DNA of 21,908 nucleotides, taken from IMG/VR virus record IMGVR_UViG_2671180608_000003; one strand, 5' to 3'. The DNA is from a virus. Its lineage: Duplodnaviria > Heunggongvirae > Uroviricota > Caudoviricetes. Shown piece by piece: positions 7,692 through 21,006 of the stretch (within the stretch, counting starts at the first letter, position 1; every line of letters starts with the position of its first letter). The translations under genes were made by a program, and so were the position numbers. The notes beneath the pieces were generated by a model. It saw only the letters and a program-made list of their open reading frames with translations, had not been told where the DNA came from and ran no database searches.

Positions 7692-10249
7692 CGTCCACCT
7701 CCGGAGAACAGGCCACCATCACGCATCTGTGTCTGAATTTCATCACGGGCACCCTTGCGGGCCATGTCATACACGGCCTTCATCATCTGTGGACCTGGCA
7801 GACCATTCGTACCGTCGTTCTGAATCACCACGTGATTGTTCTGATTAAAATTAATGCCTTCAGCCCGCCGCATCTGCGCCGGACTTCCGGCACCGCCCAC
7901 ATAACCACCTTCCGCATAGCCGCGCATCAGCCGGTAGAGATTCCCCACGCCAATCCGGCTGGTTGCCTCCTTCGTGAAGACAAATTCACCACGGTGAACA
8001 ATCCCCGCTGGCTCATATTTGCCGCCGGTTCCCGTAAATCCCCCGGTTGCAAAATGGAATTTCACCGCAGCGGCCTGAATGGCTGTACCACCTGACGCGG
8101 ATGCGCCGCCACCAACAGCCCCGCCAATGGCGCTGCCGATACTCCCGACAATCCCCACCATTGCCTGCTTAAGCAGAATTTCTGTCATCATGGACAGCAC
8201 GGAGCGGGTGAAGCTGCGCCAGTTCTGTTCACTGCCGGTCAGCATCGCCGCCATATTCTGTGCAATACCATCAAAGGTCTGCGTGGCTGCACTTTTAACC
8301 TGTGACATACTGTCCGTGGCGCTCTCTTCCCACTCACTCCAGCCGGACTTCAGGCCTGCCATCCAGCTCCCGCGAAGCTGGTCTTCAGCCGCCCAGGTCT
8401 TTTTCTGCTCTGACATGACGTTATTCAGCGCCAGAGGATTATCGCCATACTGTTCCTTCAGGCGCTGTTCCGTGGCTTCCCGCGCTGCCTGCCGGTCAGT
8501 CAGCCCCCGGTTTTTCGCATCAATGGCTGCCCGTTTTGCCCGTTGCTGCTGTGCGAATTTATCCGCCTGCTGCGCCAGCGCATTCAGGTGCTCCTGATAC
8601 GTAACCTTGTCACCAAGTGCAGCCAGCTGGCGTTTGTACTCCAGCGTCTCGTCTTTATGCGCCAGCAGGGATTTCTCCTGTGCGGACAGCTGGCGACGTT
8701 GTGCCGCCTCCTCCAGTACCGCGAACTGACTTTCTGCCTTCCACAAATCCCGGCGCTGCTGGCTGATTTTCTCATTCGCTCCGGCATGCTTCTCCAGCGT
8801 CCGGAGTTCTGCCTGAAGCGTCAGCAGGGCCGCATGAGCACTGTCTTCCTGACGATCGCCCGCATACACCTTCACGCCGGACTGTTTCGGCTTTTTCAGC
8901 GTCGCTTCATAATCCTTTTTCGCCGCCGCCATCAGCGTGTTGTAATCTGCCTGCAGGATTTTTCCGTCTTTCAGTGCCTTGTTCAGTTCTTCCTGACGGG
9001 CGGTATATTTCTCCAGCGGCGTCTGCAGCCGTTCGTAAGCCTTCTGCGCCTCTTCGGTATATTTCAGCCGTGACGCTTCGGTATCGCTCTGCTGCTGCGC
9101 ATTTTTGTCCTGTTGACGCTGTTGATCTACCCTCTTTTGGGCTGCATCCCGCTCCAGGCGTTTTTTTTCACGATCATCCCAGTAACGCGCCCGTGCTTCA
9201 TCGTTAACGAAATAATCATCCTTGCGCAGATTCCAGATGTCGTCTGCTTTCTTAAACGCAGCCTCTGCCTTAATCAGCATCTCCTGCGCGGTATCAGGAC
9301 GACCAATATCCAGCACCGCATCCCACATGGATTTGAATGCACGTGCAGTCCTGTCTGCCCAGGTCTCCAGCGTGCCCATGTTCTCTTTCAGGCGGCGGGT
9401 CTGGTCATCAAACCCTTTCGTTGCGGCCTCGTTCGCCGCCTGCAATGCCCCGGCTTCATCGCCGGAACGCTGCAACTGAGCAACATACGCAATCTGCTCC
9501 GCCGTCACGTTATGGAACTGGCGTGCCATCGCCGTCAGCCCCGACGTCGGGTCTGTGGTCAGCTTCCCGAAGGCTTCAGCGACCTTGTCCACCTCCACGC
9601 CGGATGCATAGGAGAAACGCGCCACACTCTGGCTGATGGACGCAATCTGAGCCTCACCGCTTACCCCCGCCTTAACCAGTGCGCTGAGTGACTCGCTGGT
9701 CTGGTTAAACGTCAGCCCTGCCGCCTGCCCGGCTCTGGACAGGACCAGCATACGATCTGCCGTCAGTCCCGCCTGATTACCGGAAAGGACCAGCGTTTTG
9801 TTGAAATCGGACAGGGTTGAGTTGCCCTGATACCAGGCATACGCCAGCGCACCGGTCGCCACCGCCAGCGAGGTGGCCCCCACCATCGGCAGGGTGATCG
9901 CGCCGGCAAGCCCCCTGAACATGGGGATCATCCCGCCGAAGGAGTCCTTAACCTGACCACCCTGTTGCAGCAGGATCAGCCAGGGATTCTGCCCCCCTGC
10001 AAGCTGCGTGGCCACGTCGGTGAACTGTGCAGGCAGCATACGCATGGCGGCTTTATACTGCCCGACGGAAATCCCCGCTTTCTGTGCAGCCAGCGCCTGT
10101 CGGCTCAGCGACTGTTCAACGACTGCCGCTGTTTTTTTCGCATCACTTTCCGTACCGGAAAAATGACGCCTGACTCTGGCCATCTGCTCGTCAAATCTGG
10201 CCGCATCCAGACTCAAATCAACGACCAGATCGCCTACCGGTTCAGCCAT
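7688..10249 (-). CDS. H: Tail tape measure protein H
   Basis: 853 aa, the same length as lambda H. Long Ala/Gln/Glu-rich helical middle and Gly-rich hydrophobic C-terminal region. Start overlaps the T stop. Confidence 0.93.
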   Translation of the reverse strand: MAEPVGDLVVDLSLDAARFDEQMARVRRHFSGTESDAKKTAAVVEQSLSRQALAAQKAGISVGQYKAAMRMLPAQFTDVATQLAGGQNPWLILLQQGGQVKDSFGGMIPMFRGLAGAITLPMVGATSLAVATGALAYAWYQGNSTLSDFNKTLVLSGNQAGLTADRMLVLSRAGQAAGLTFNQTSESLSALVKAGVSGEAQIASISQSVARFSYASGVEVDKVAEAFGKLTTDPTSGLTAMARQFHNVTAEQIAYVAQLQRSGDEAGALQAANEAATKGFDDQTRRLKENMGTLETWADRTARAFKSMWDAVLDIGRPDTAQEMLIKAEAAFKKADDIWNLRKDDYFVNDEARARYWDDREKKRLERDAAQKRVDQQRQQDKNAQQQSDTEASRLKYTEEAQKAYERLQTPLEKYTARQEELNKALKDGKILQADYNTLMAAAKKDYEATLKKPKQSGVKVYAGDRQEDSAHAALLTLQAELRTLEKHAGANEKISQQRRDLWKAESQFAVLEEAAQRRQLSAQEKSLLAHKDETLEYKRQLAALGDKVTYQEHLNALAQQADKFAQQQRAKRAAIDAKNRGLTDRQAAREATEQRLKEQYGDNPLALNNVMSEQKKTWAAEDQLRGSWMAGLKSGWSEWEESATDSMSQVKSAATQTFDGIAQNMAAMLTGSEQNWRSFTRSVLSMMTEILLKQAMVGIVGSIGSAIGGAVGGGASASGGTAIQAAAVKFHFATGGFTGTGGKYEPAGIVHRGEFVFTKEATSRIGVGNLYRLMRGYAEGGYVGGAGSPAQMRRAEGINFNQNNHVVIQNDGTNGLPGPQMMKAVYDMARKGARDEIQTQMRDGGLFSGGGR

Positions 10250-11080
10250 ACCGGACTCCTCCTGCGATCCCTTCTGATACTGTCATCAGCATTACGTCAT
10301 CCTCCGTCATGTCCGCCACATCCGGGGAAGCGGGGATAACTTCATTCCCGTCCGGGCCAAAGCGGACACCTCCGGCAAGCCCTGCCGCTTTCTGCATCAG
10401 CACATCATCTTCAGGCTCTTCGTCAGCCTCGCGCCGGTTCAGCAGACTGAAATCCAGCGGATGCATCTCCGGATCGCTGAAAAACAGGCTGAGCACGGTG
10501 TACGTCAGCCCGGAAAAGTGCATATCCAGCAGAACATCATGAAAATAATGGGTACTGTAAAAGCGGTGCCAGTCGGCATACTCCGTGGATGACATCCCGG
10601 CAAGCATGGCGCGCCAGTCGGGTCGCCCCATCTCACGCGCCAGTTTCAGGGCAAAACTCAGCTCACCGTCGAACACTTTCCCGCAGAAACAGGCTCTGCA
10701 GGCCCGGCGTCCTCTGCCTGTTCAGGAGCATCATTCACCACAAACTCATACATACCGGACAGCCGGTACACCACGTTTTCAGCATGAGAAATTGCCTCTG
10801 TGGGCCAGGTGGTAAGCACTTCCTGCTCAATCTGTTTAACGGCTTCATTCATGGACGGCATCTGCGTCTTCTTCGGATGGTTATGCCACAGGGACATCGC
10901 AACCACAAAAGCGCCGGTTCTGATGGCGTCTTCCACAGTAAACTTCCGGTTGCTGTCTGACTCCGCCTGTTCTGCCTGCCGTTTCATCAGGTCGAGATGC
11001 TCAATACGCTGCAGGGCTGACAGTTCAGAAAGCGTGACGGTCACACCGTTATGTTCAAATGATTCGGTTTTCAGGAACAT
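10242..11080 (-). CDS. G-T: Tail assembly chaperone G-T fusion, made by programmed -1 ribosomal frameshift
   Basis: The G frame ends at 10658. The -1 frame continues as KVFDGELSFALKLAREMG... to a stop at 10242-10244. Slippery heptamer G_GGA_AAG lies at 10676-10682 on the minus strand. Confidence 0.85.
10658..11080 (-). CDS. G: Tail assembly chaperone G
   Basis: 140 aa; MFLKTESFEHNGVTVTLSELSALQRIEHLDLMKRQAE matches recalled lambda G and ends ...SAGKCSTVS. Confidence 0.93.
   Translation of the reverse strand: MFLKTESFEHNGVTVTLSELSALQRIEHLDLMKRQAEQAESDSNRKFTVEDAIRTGAFVVAMSLWHNHPKKTQMPSMNEAVKQIEQEVLTTWPTEAISHAENVVYRLSGMYEFVVNDAPEQAEDAGPAEPVSAGKCSTVS
10676..10682 (-). other. Programmed -1 frameshift slippery site (G GGA AAG) for the G-T fusion
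   Basis: Plus strand CTTTCCC at 10676-10682 is GGGAAAG on the minus strand, in the G frame as Gly-Lys, 16 nt before the G stop. The -1 frame stays open for another 144 codons. Confidence 0.85.
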
Positions 11081-11095
11081 CGCTGACTCTCCGGA

Positions 11096-11836
11096 TTAAC
11101 TGGCGGTGACGTTGATTTCTGCAACCGCAGCAAACTCACCATTACCAGATACGACCGGAATGTTGACCTTGCCTGCAGCAACACCTTTCACGGTGATGGT
11201 CATACCACTGACCGACACGGTGGCTTTTGTTTTATCCGCAGACACCGCACGGAAGCTCTTGTCGGTTGCGCCATCCGGCTGGAATGCCACGGTCAGCGTG
11301 GTGCTCTGCCCTTTCACTACGGAAGCACTGGCGGGTGTCACCGTCATGCCGGTCGTCGCCGTCACCGTGCTGCGATCTTCTGCCATCGACGGACGTCCCA
11401 CATTGGTGACCTTCACCGTGCGGGTAATCACCTCCTTCGCCGTCACCGCCTTACCGATACTGCTGACCCAGCCACGGAACACATCGACCGTGCCGTTCGG
11501 GAAGCGGATTTTATAGGCACGGGTATCACCTTCATTAAACCACGCCAGCAGCGCCTGCTGCCCCTGCTCTCCGGGCATCCACGCCAGCGTGAAGCTGGTA
11601 TCTCCGGCAGATTTCTGCCCCTGCCCGGTCGCAGTCCAGTCTGCATCTTCATCATCGAGATAGCTGTCGTCATAGGACTCAGCGGTCAGTTCGCCGGGCG
11701 TCAGGTCTTTAACTTTTGCCAGACGCGACCAGTCAACGTCTGAAAGCGGGTTCGCATAAGGGTCACCGCTCCCCTTATAAACCCACAGGGTGGTCCCGGC
11801 ACCTTTCACCGGCATTGTAGGATTTGGTACAGGCAT
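11096..11836 (-). CDS. V: Major tail tube protein V (with C-terminal Ig-like domain)
   Basis: 246 aa from ATG 11834-11836 ([22 protein letters not shown]), with GAGGA ribosome-binding site. The ORF-track start at 11866 is a 10-codon extension with no homology. Confidence 0.93.
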   Translation of the reverse strand: MPVPNPTMPVKGAGTTLWVYKGSGDPYANPLSDVDWSRLAKVKDLTPGELTAESYDDSYLDDEDADWTATGQGQKSAGDTSFTLAWMPGEQGQQALLAWFNEGDTRAYKIRFPNGTVDVFRGWVSSIGKAVTAKEVITRTVKVTNVGRPSMAEDRSTVTATTGMTVTPASASVVKGQSTTLTVAFQPDGATDKSFRAVSADKTKATVSVSGMTITVKGVAAGKVNIPVVSGNGEFAAVAEINVTAS

Positions 11837-11843
11837 AGCGTCC

Positions 11844-12239
11844 TCACATTTCATAGATAATGACATAAGTCAGATCGGCTGAACTCCACAGGCCCGCATC
11901 ATCGTCGCGCCGGTAGTCATAGCCGCTGGCCACCATACTGGTGATCAAATCTGACAGTGCCGGGATATCGCTCATCACCGGATAAATCCGGGACTCCATC
12001 CACGAATCCAGCTCTGAATCCGGCACCTGAGCAGGCAGGAAAACTTCAATATGCAGCTCCGCCTGCCAGGTATCGCTGTCCAGCTCTTCGCCCGTGTATT
12101 CAGCGCCGGTGAGATAAACGGCAATTGCCGGAAAATCTTCCTCATCAAAAACAGCGGGGCGACCATCAAAAAGCGTCGCCCCGGTGTCATGCTTCTCCAG
12201 TGCATCCAGTACGGCTGCACGGAGTTCAGTATGTTTCAT
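11844..12239 (-). CDS. U: Tail terminator protein U
   Basis: 131 aa; [48 protein letters not shown] matches recalled lambda U. Confidence 0.93.
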   Translation of the reverse strand: MKHTELRAAVLDALEKHDTGATLFDGRPAVFDEEDFPAIAVYLTGAEYTGEELDSDTWQAELHIEVFLPAQVPDSELDSWMESRIYPVMSDIPALSDLITSMVASGYDYRRDDDAGLWSSADLTYVIIYEM

Positions 12240-12814
12240 CGCTTTATTACCATTCTCAGTTGATGCTGCAGCGCATAGCCCAGCTCTTTCGGAAGACGTT
12301 CACGCCGTATCCGTTCAATATTCTGTTTAAACGCCGTGGTCAGCGGCACCGCCATCGGGATTTTCACCACATCAATGGGGTAACGGTTTTTCCCGGCCAC
12401 ACGCTGCATAACATGCCACCGGCCGTTTTTCAGTTGCTGAATAAACGCGCCGGGAATACGACGGTTACCCACCACAAGCACGCTGCCGCCACCTTTCAGG
12501 GATGAACGCTGCCCCTTTTTATGACGCCTGCGGCGGGACAGGACAACCCGCGCATTACCCAGCTTGATTACGGGCAAATCCCCCCGGTTAACTTTGATTC
12601 TGGCCTGCGGATTTTTGACCGTGGCCCTTTTCAGCCTGGCCCTTTCCTTTACCAGTTTCCGGCGTACCTTTGTCTCACGGGCAACCTGTGACGCAGACTG
12701 CGATATCGCGGATGAAGCAACGCGGTTAATGGCCATTGCGGCGGCACCGGGCACCGCCGTTTTGCTGATACGGCTGAGGTTTTCAACGGCCTGCTCAAGA
12801 CCTTTTATGGCCAT
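12236..12814 (-). CDS. Z: Tail completion protein Z
   Basis: 192 aa; MAIKGLEQAVENLSRISKTAVPGAAAMAINRVASS matches recalled lambda Z. Stop overlaps the U start. Confidence 0.92.
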   Translation of the reverse strand: MAIKGLEQAVENLSRISKTAVPGAAAMAINRVASSAISQSASQVARETKVRRKLVKERARLKRATVKNPQARIKVNRGDLPVIKLGNARVVLSRRRRHKKGQRSSLKGGGSVLVVGNRRIPGAFIQQLKNGRWHVMQRVAGKNRYPIDVVKIPMAVPLTTAFKQNIERIRRERLPKELGYALQHQLRMVIKR

Positions 12815-12825
12815 ACATCCCCCTT

Positions 12826-13179
12826 TCAGCGGCGACGGTTAACGGCAGGCGGTACGCCCCGTCCAAGCCAGAGATGACAACTTCCGCCATCATCCGGCGA
12901 AACCCGATCTACCCAGAAATTTTCCTCACCGATGGTCAGCGTGTCTCCACGCCGCAGCTGCCGCACCTCATCAGTCCGGACAAACAGGGACGGGCTGGAG
13001 CCTTCAACGCGCACGCCCTGTCCGGCATAGCTGATATTTTCAGGGTCATCAAAAACACCACGTATCACCGCACCTGACTGCTCACCGGATGTCATGGTGG
13101 CTGACGTTCCCATGTACCCGCGTATCGTTTCATCGGCGCGGGCAATGGCAGCATCGAACAGGTTATCGAAATCAGCCAC
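12826..13179 (-). CDS. FII: Head-tail joining protein FII
   Basis: 117 aa; MADFDNLFDAAIARADETIRGYMGTSATMTSGEQSGAVIRGVFDDPENISYAG matches recalled lambda FII. Confidence 0.92.
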   Translation of the reverse strand: MADFDNLFDAAIARADETIRGYMGTSATMTSGEQSGAVIRGVFDDPENISYAGQGVRVEGSSPSLFVRTDEVRQLRRGDTLTIGEENFWVDRVSPDDGGSCHLWLGRGVPPAVNRRR

Positions 13180-13190
13180 AGCGCCTCCCG

Positions 13191-13589
13191 TTATTGCATT
13201 CTGGCCAGGCCGCGCTCTGTCATTTCGGCTGCCACACCGGCAGAGACACGAAACGCCGTTCCCGGCAGCACAAATGCCACAGGTTTATCCCGCGTGGCGT
13301 GAAGTGCATCAGTATGCAGCGTCACCAGTGCCACGACCGTGACCAGTTCAGCCGTATCCTGAATCACGGTATCCGGCTGCGCTGATACCACCTCATTTTC
13401 ATGCCCGGTCAGCACATTTTCCCGGCTGAGAGGGGTGTCCTGACCGGCAGTTTCATCCGTGTCATCAAGCTCTTCTTCCAGCTCTGCCACACGAAGCGCC
13501 AGTTCTTCTTTCGTTCCCGTCAAACTGACATCGCGGTTCAATTGCTCACCCAGCTCCTGAAGACGGGCAATCAGTTCATCTTTCGTCAT
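13191..13589 (-). CDS. FI: DNA-packaging protein FI
   Basis: 132 aa from ATG 13587-13589 (MTKDELIARLQELGEQLNRDVSLTGTKEELALRVAELEEELDD), with GGAGGAG ribosome-binding site. The ORF-track start at 13628 is an extension. Confidence 0.9.
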   Translation of the reverse strand: MTKDELIARLQELGEQLNRDVSLTGTKEELALRVAELEEELDDTDETAGQDTPLSRENVLTGHENEVVSAQPDTVIQDTAELVTVVALVTLHTDALHATRDKPVAFVLPGTAFRVSAGVAAEMTERGLARMQ

Positions 13590-13630
13590 GAACTCCTCCA
13601 CAGAGAGAAAATGGCCCCGAAGGGCCATGA

Positions 13631-14656
13631 TTACGCCAGTTGAACGGACACGAACTCATCAGGATCAGCCAGCAGCATCAGCGGTGCTGACTGAATCATG
13701 GTGAACTCACGCGCCGGATCGCCGGTGGTCACCCAGTTTTTCGGGTAACGGGCAGAAGCGTTAATGCCTTCGCGCTGTGCGTCCGCATCCTGAATGCAGC
13801 CATAGGTGCGCAGACCGCGAGCCTGAGTGTTCCCCAGCACCATCGTGTTGTCCGGCAGGAAGTTCTTTTTGACGCCGTTTTCCACGTACTGTCCGGAATA
13901 CACGACGATGGCCACATCGCCATACATTCCCTTATAGGACACCGCTTTGCCCAGGTCTTTTACCGCTGTCTCCAGCTCGGAATGAGAGCCGCGACGGGTA
14001 TCCAGCTTCTCCTTGACGGCTTTGAAGGAACGGAACAGCGCCCAGCCTTTCGGGTCAAACACGATGATATTCACCACACCGCTGGCGTTCAGCGCGTAGG
14101 CTTCGATATCGTCGGTCGGGTCATACGTGGACTTGTCACGCTTGCTCCACTCCGTGACGCCGGACTGTGTGATGTTGTTCGCCGCACTGCGGCCCATATC
14201 CACCTCAACCGGATCGAAGGCTTCACCGGTCATGGTGTATTTGCCCTTGAGCACGGCAGAAACTGCCTGCATCTCTTCGACCTGAGCAATGGCCAGCTCT
14301 TCGTCACGCATGTTCTGCATGATGATGCGACGGCGGCGGTAAGCCGGGTCCGCCAGATTCTGCGGATCTTCATCCGGCAGGCGACGCAGGGTCATCTGCG
14401 GATTCACCTCATGCTTGGGTTTGACATATCCCGGCGTAAATTCAGAGGTGGAGCCGCCACGGGAACGGATAACCTCACCGGAAACAATCGGCGAAACGTA
14501 CAGCGCCATGTTTACCAGTCCCGGAATTTGTGAGAGATAGACTTTCTCCGTAGTGAAGGGATAGCTCTCACGGAAAAAGAGACGCAGAAACAGCGGATCA
14601 AACTTAAATTTCTGCTCATTTGCCGCCAGCAGCTGGGCGGTTGTGTACATCGACAT
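13631..14656 (-). CDS. E: Major capsid protein E
   Basis: 341 aa from ATG 14654-14656 (MSMYTTAQLLAANEQKFKFDPLFLRLFFRESYPFTTEKVYLSQIPGLV), the same length as lambda E. Confidence 0.93.
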   Translation of the reverse strand: MSMYTTAQLLAANEQKFKFDPLFLRLFFRESYPFTTEKVYLSQIPGLVNMALYVSPIVSGEVIRSRGGSTSEFTPGYVKPKHEVNPQMTLRRLPDEDPQNLADPAYRRRRIIMQNMRDEELAIAQVEEMQAVSAVLKGKYTMTGEAFDPVEVDMGRSAANNITQSGVTEWSKRDKSTYDPTDDIEAYALNASGVVNIIVFDPKGWALFRSFKAVKEKLDTRRGSHSELETAVKDLGKAVSYKGMYGDVAIVVYSGQYVENGVKKNFLPDNTMVLGNTQARGLRTYGCIQDADAQREGINASARYPKNWVTTGDPAREFTMIQSAPLMLLADPDEFVSVQLA

Positions 14657-14711
14657 AAAAAAATCCCGTAAAAAAAGCCACACAGGCGGCCTTTAGTGAT
14701 GAAGGGTAAAG

Positions 14712-15044
14712 TTAAACGATGCTGATTGCCGTTCCGGCAAACACGGTCCGTTTTTTCGTCTCGTCGCTGGCAGCCTCCGGCCAGAGCACATCCTCATAAC
14801 GGAACGTGCCGGACTTGTAGAACGTCAGTGTGGTGCTGGTCTGGTCAGCAGCAACCGCAAGAATGCCAACGGCAGCACCGTCGGTGGTGCCATCCCACGC
14901 AACCAGCTTACGGGTGGAGGTGTCCAGCATCAGCGGGGTCATTGCAGGCGCTTTCGCACTCAATCCGCCGGGCGCGGTTGCGGTATGAGCCGGGTCACTA
15001 TTGCCCAGCGGCTGGTAATGGGTAAAGGTTTCTTTGCTCGTCAT
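14712..15044 (-). CDS. D: Capsid decoration protein D
   Basis: 110 aa from ATG 15042-15044 ([43 protein letters not shown]). A tandem in-frame ATG lies 6 nt upstream at 15048-15050; SD spacing and lambda homology favour the downstream one. Confidence 0.9.
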   Translation of the reverse strand: MTSKETFTHYQPLGNSDPAHTATAPGGLSAKAPAMTPLMLDTSTRKLVAWDGTTDGAAVGILAVAADQTSTTLTFYKSGTFRYEDVLWPEAASDETKKRTVFAGTAISIV

Positions 15045-15053
15045 AAACATCCC

Positions 15054-15467
15054 TTACACTGGTGTGTTCAGCAAATCGTTAACGGCATCAGATGCCGGGT
15101 TACCTGCAGCCAGCGGTGCCGGTGCCCCCTGCATCAGACGATCCAGCGCAGTGTCACTGCGCGTCTGTGCACTCTGTGGTGCTGCGGCCAGAATACGGCG
15201 GGNNNNNNNNNNNNNNNNGGCCGTTTCCACGGTCATACCGGGGGTTTCGGCCAGCACGCGTGCCTGTTCTTCGCGTCCGTGAGCCTCCTCACAGTTGAGG
15301 ATCCCCATAATGCGACTGTTTTCTGCCGCAACCGCTGCGGTGATCTGCGCGTTCACGTCCGGCTGCGCCGCGCTGGCGTTCTCGCCCTCCGTCGCTTGCA
15401 CCACGCCAGTAACGTCAGCCTGCGAAGCAGTGGCTGAAACAGTTGTTGATTGAGTCTCTTTGGTCAT
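15054..15467 (-). CDS. Nu3: Scaffolding protein Nu3, nested in-frame in the 3-prime part of C
   Basis: Internal ATG at 15465-15467 (MTKETQSTTVSATASQADV...) preceded by a strong AGGAGGG Shine-Dalgarno. Lambda is known to express Nu3 from an in-frame internal start in C. Confidence 0.7.
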   Translation of the reverse strand: MTKETQSTTVSATASQADVTGVVQATEGENASAAQPDVNAQITAAVAAENSRIMGILNCEEAHGREEQARVLAETPGMTVETAXXXXXXRRILAAAPQSAQTRSDTALDRLMQGAPAPLAAGNPASDAVNDLLNTPV

Positions 15468-16371
15468 TCGCCCTCCTGAGAGACGGGATTTACGTGCATC
15501 CAGTGCATCACGCATGACGGTGATCGCATCGGTACTGTTAACAAGTTCATCAGCCAGTCCGGCATCAATGGCCTCCTGACCGCTGTACACTGCAGCCTCG
15601 GTATCCAGCACAGCCTGCACGGACAGGCCGGTATATGCCGACACCTTCTGTGCAAACATCCGGCGGGTTGCATCCATCCGGGACTGCAATGTTTCCCGGA
15701 CATCATCCGGTAGATGGCTGTAGGGGTTGCCATCCACCTTATGGCTGCCGCTGTAAATCAGCGTGATTTCCACGCCCTGTTTCTCCAGTGCAGCGCCGTA
15801 ATTACTGTGAGCCATCATGACGCCGATGGAGCCTGTCCGGGCGGTCTGCGTGACCAGACGCCGGGAGGCGGCACTGGCAAGCAGCTGACCTGCGCTGCAG
15901 TTCATGTCATTGGCCAGCGCCCATACCGGCTTTATGTCACGCACACGGGCGATGATGTCAGCGCAGTCAAATGCTCCCGCCACCATTCCGCCCGGTGTGT
16001 CCATATCGAGCAGAATGCCGTCCACCATCGGGTCGCTGGCAGCCTGTTGCAGACGGGCGATAATGCCGTTGTAACCGGTCATCCCCGAGTACGGCTGCAG
16101 CGCCCGCGTCCGGCTGACCAGCGTGCCGGACACCGGCAGCACGGCGATGCCGTTCATTACCTGATAACTGCGGGCCTGTCGTGGTCCGTCATCATCACCG
16201 GATAACGCCAGCGCCGCGGGTGCCTCTCCGGCAGTCAGGCTGTCGCCGGATACTGCATCCGTCAGGCAGCTGATCCCAAGCTGGCCTGCAAGCGCACAAA
16301 AGAAAACCCGCGCATAGGCGGGTTCAAGCATCAGCGGCTCATTAAAAGCCATGCTGGCAATATGCGGGAGA

Positions 16372-16391
<20 letters not shown>
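15054..16391 (-). CDS. C: Capsid assembly protease / minor capsid protein C (ClpP/SppA-like), frame passes through a 16-N run
   Basis: Predicted GTG start at 16389-16391 giving (M)TAELRNLPHIASMAFNEPLMLEPAYARVFF, which matches the recalled lambda C N-terminus and overlaps the B 3-prime end. 445 codons including 6 codons spanning N. Confidence 0.88.
15203..15218. other. Run of 16 N (gap or masked bases) inside C/Nu3
   Basis: Directly visible in the sequence. Confidence 0.99.
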
Positions 16392-20072
<3,681 letters not shown>

Positions 20073-20098
<26 letters not shown>

Positions 20099-20618
20099 TC
20101 AGCAACCCCGGTATCAGTTCATCCAGCGCGGCTGCTTTGTTCATGGCTTTGATGATATCCCGTTTCAGGAAATCAACATGTCGGTTTTCCAGTTCCGGAA
20201 AACGCCGCTGCACCGACAGGGGGATCCCGTCGAGAATACTGGCAATTTCACCTGCGATCCGCGACAGCACGAAAGTACAGAATGCGGTTTCCACCACTTC
20301 AGCGGAGTCTCTGGCATTTTTCAGCTCCTGTGCGTCGGCCTGCGCACGCGTAAGTCGATGGCGTTCGTACTCAATAGTCCCTGGCTGGAGATCTGTCTCG
20401 CTGGCCTGCCGCAGTTCTTCAACTTCCCGGCGCAGCTTTTCGTTCTCAATTTCAGCATCCCTTTCGGCATACCATCTTATAACGGCGGCAGAGTCATAAA
20501 GCACCTCATTACCCTTGCCACCGCCTCGCAGAACGGGCATTCCCTGTTCCTGCCAGTTCTGAATGGTACGGATACTCGCACCGAAAATGTCAGCCAGCTG
20601 CTTTTTGTTGACTTCCAT
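20073..20618 (-). CDS. nu1: Terminase small subunit Nu1
   Basis: 181 aa; MEVNKKQLADIFGASIRTIQNWQEQGMPVLRGGGKGNEVLYDSAAVIRWYAERD (winged helix-turn-helix N-terminus) matches recalled lambda Nu1. Starts about 180 bp from the cos junction. Confidence 0.95.
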
Positions 20619-20643
20619 TGTTCATTCCACGGACAAAAACAGA

Positions 20644-20698
20644 GAAAGGAAACGACAGAGGCCAAAAAGCCCGTTTTCAGCACCTGTCGTTTCCTTTC
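20644..20698. repeat. Perfect 15-bp inverted repeat (GAAAGGAAACGACAG / CTGTCGTTTCCTTTC) with 25-bp spacer; candidate gpNu1 R-site pair in cosB
   Basis: Arms at 20644-20658 and 20684-20698 are exact reverse complements. Position just upstream of Nu1 fits the cosB R3/R2 arrangement. Confidence 0.7.
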
Positions 20699-20795
20699 TT
20701 TTCAGGGGGTGTTTTAAATAAAAACATTAGGTTACGGCGAAGAAGAACGGAAACGCCTTAAACCGGAAAATTGTCATAAATAGCGAAAACCCGCG

Positions 20796-20807
20796 CGCCT
20801 TCCGCCC
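20796..20807. other. cosN-equivalent 12-mer (cohesive-end position)
   Basis: Flanks align to lambda as ...CGAAAACCCGCG [12-mer] CGTAACCTGTCGG.... The 12-mer is CGCCTTCCGCCC where lambda has AGGTCGCCGCCC. Confidence 0.55.
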
Positions 20808-21006
20808 CGTAACCTGTCGGATCGCCGGAAAGGACCCGCAAAATGATAATAATTATCATCTACATGTCACAACGTGCATCTACGCCATCAAACCACGTCA
20901 AATAATCAATTATGACGCAGGTATCGTATTAATTGATCTGCATCAACTTAACGTAAAAACAACTTCAGACAATACAAATCAGCGACACTGAATACAGGGC
21001 AACCTC

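Larger units (their letters stand above)
20619..20830. other. cos: cos region (cosB, cosN, cosQ equivalent) in joined, internal form
   Basis: Sequence between the Nu1 start and about 25 bp beyond the junction closely matches the lambda left-end leader and right-end terminus in reverse complement, as recalled from lambda and cosmid vector sequence. Confidence 0.8.

Noticed and set aside
20880-21006. Sigma-70 promoter call for the RHH-like ORF
   Set aside because: TATTAAT-like and TTGATC-like hexamers are present, but I could not find a convincing -35/-10 pair at 16-18 bp spacing by eye, so no promoter is annotated.
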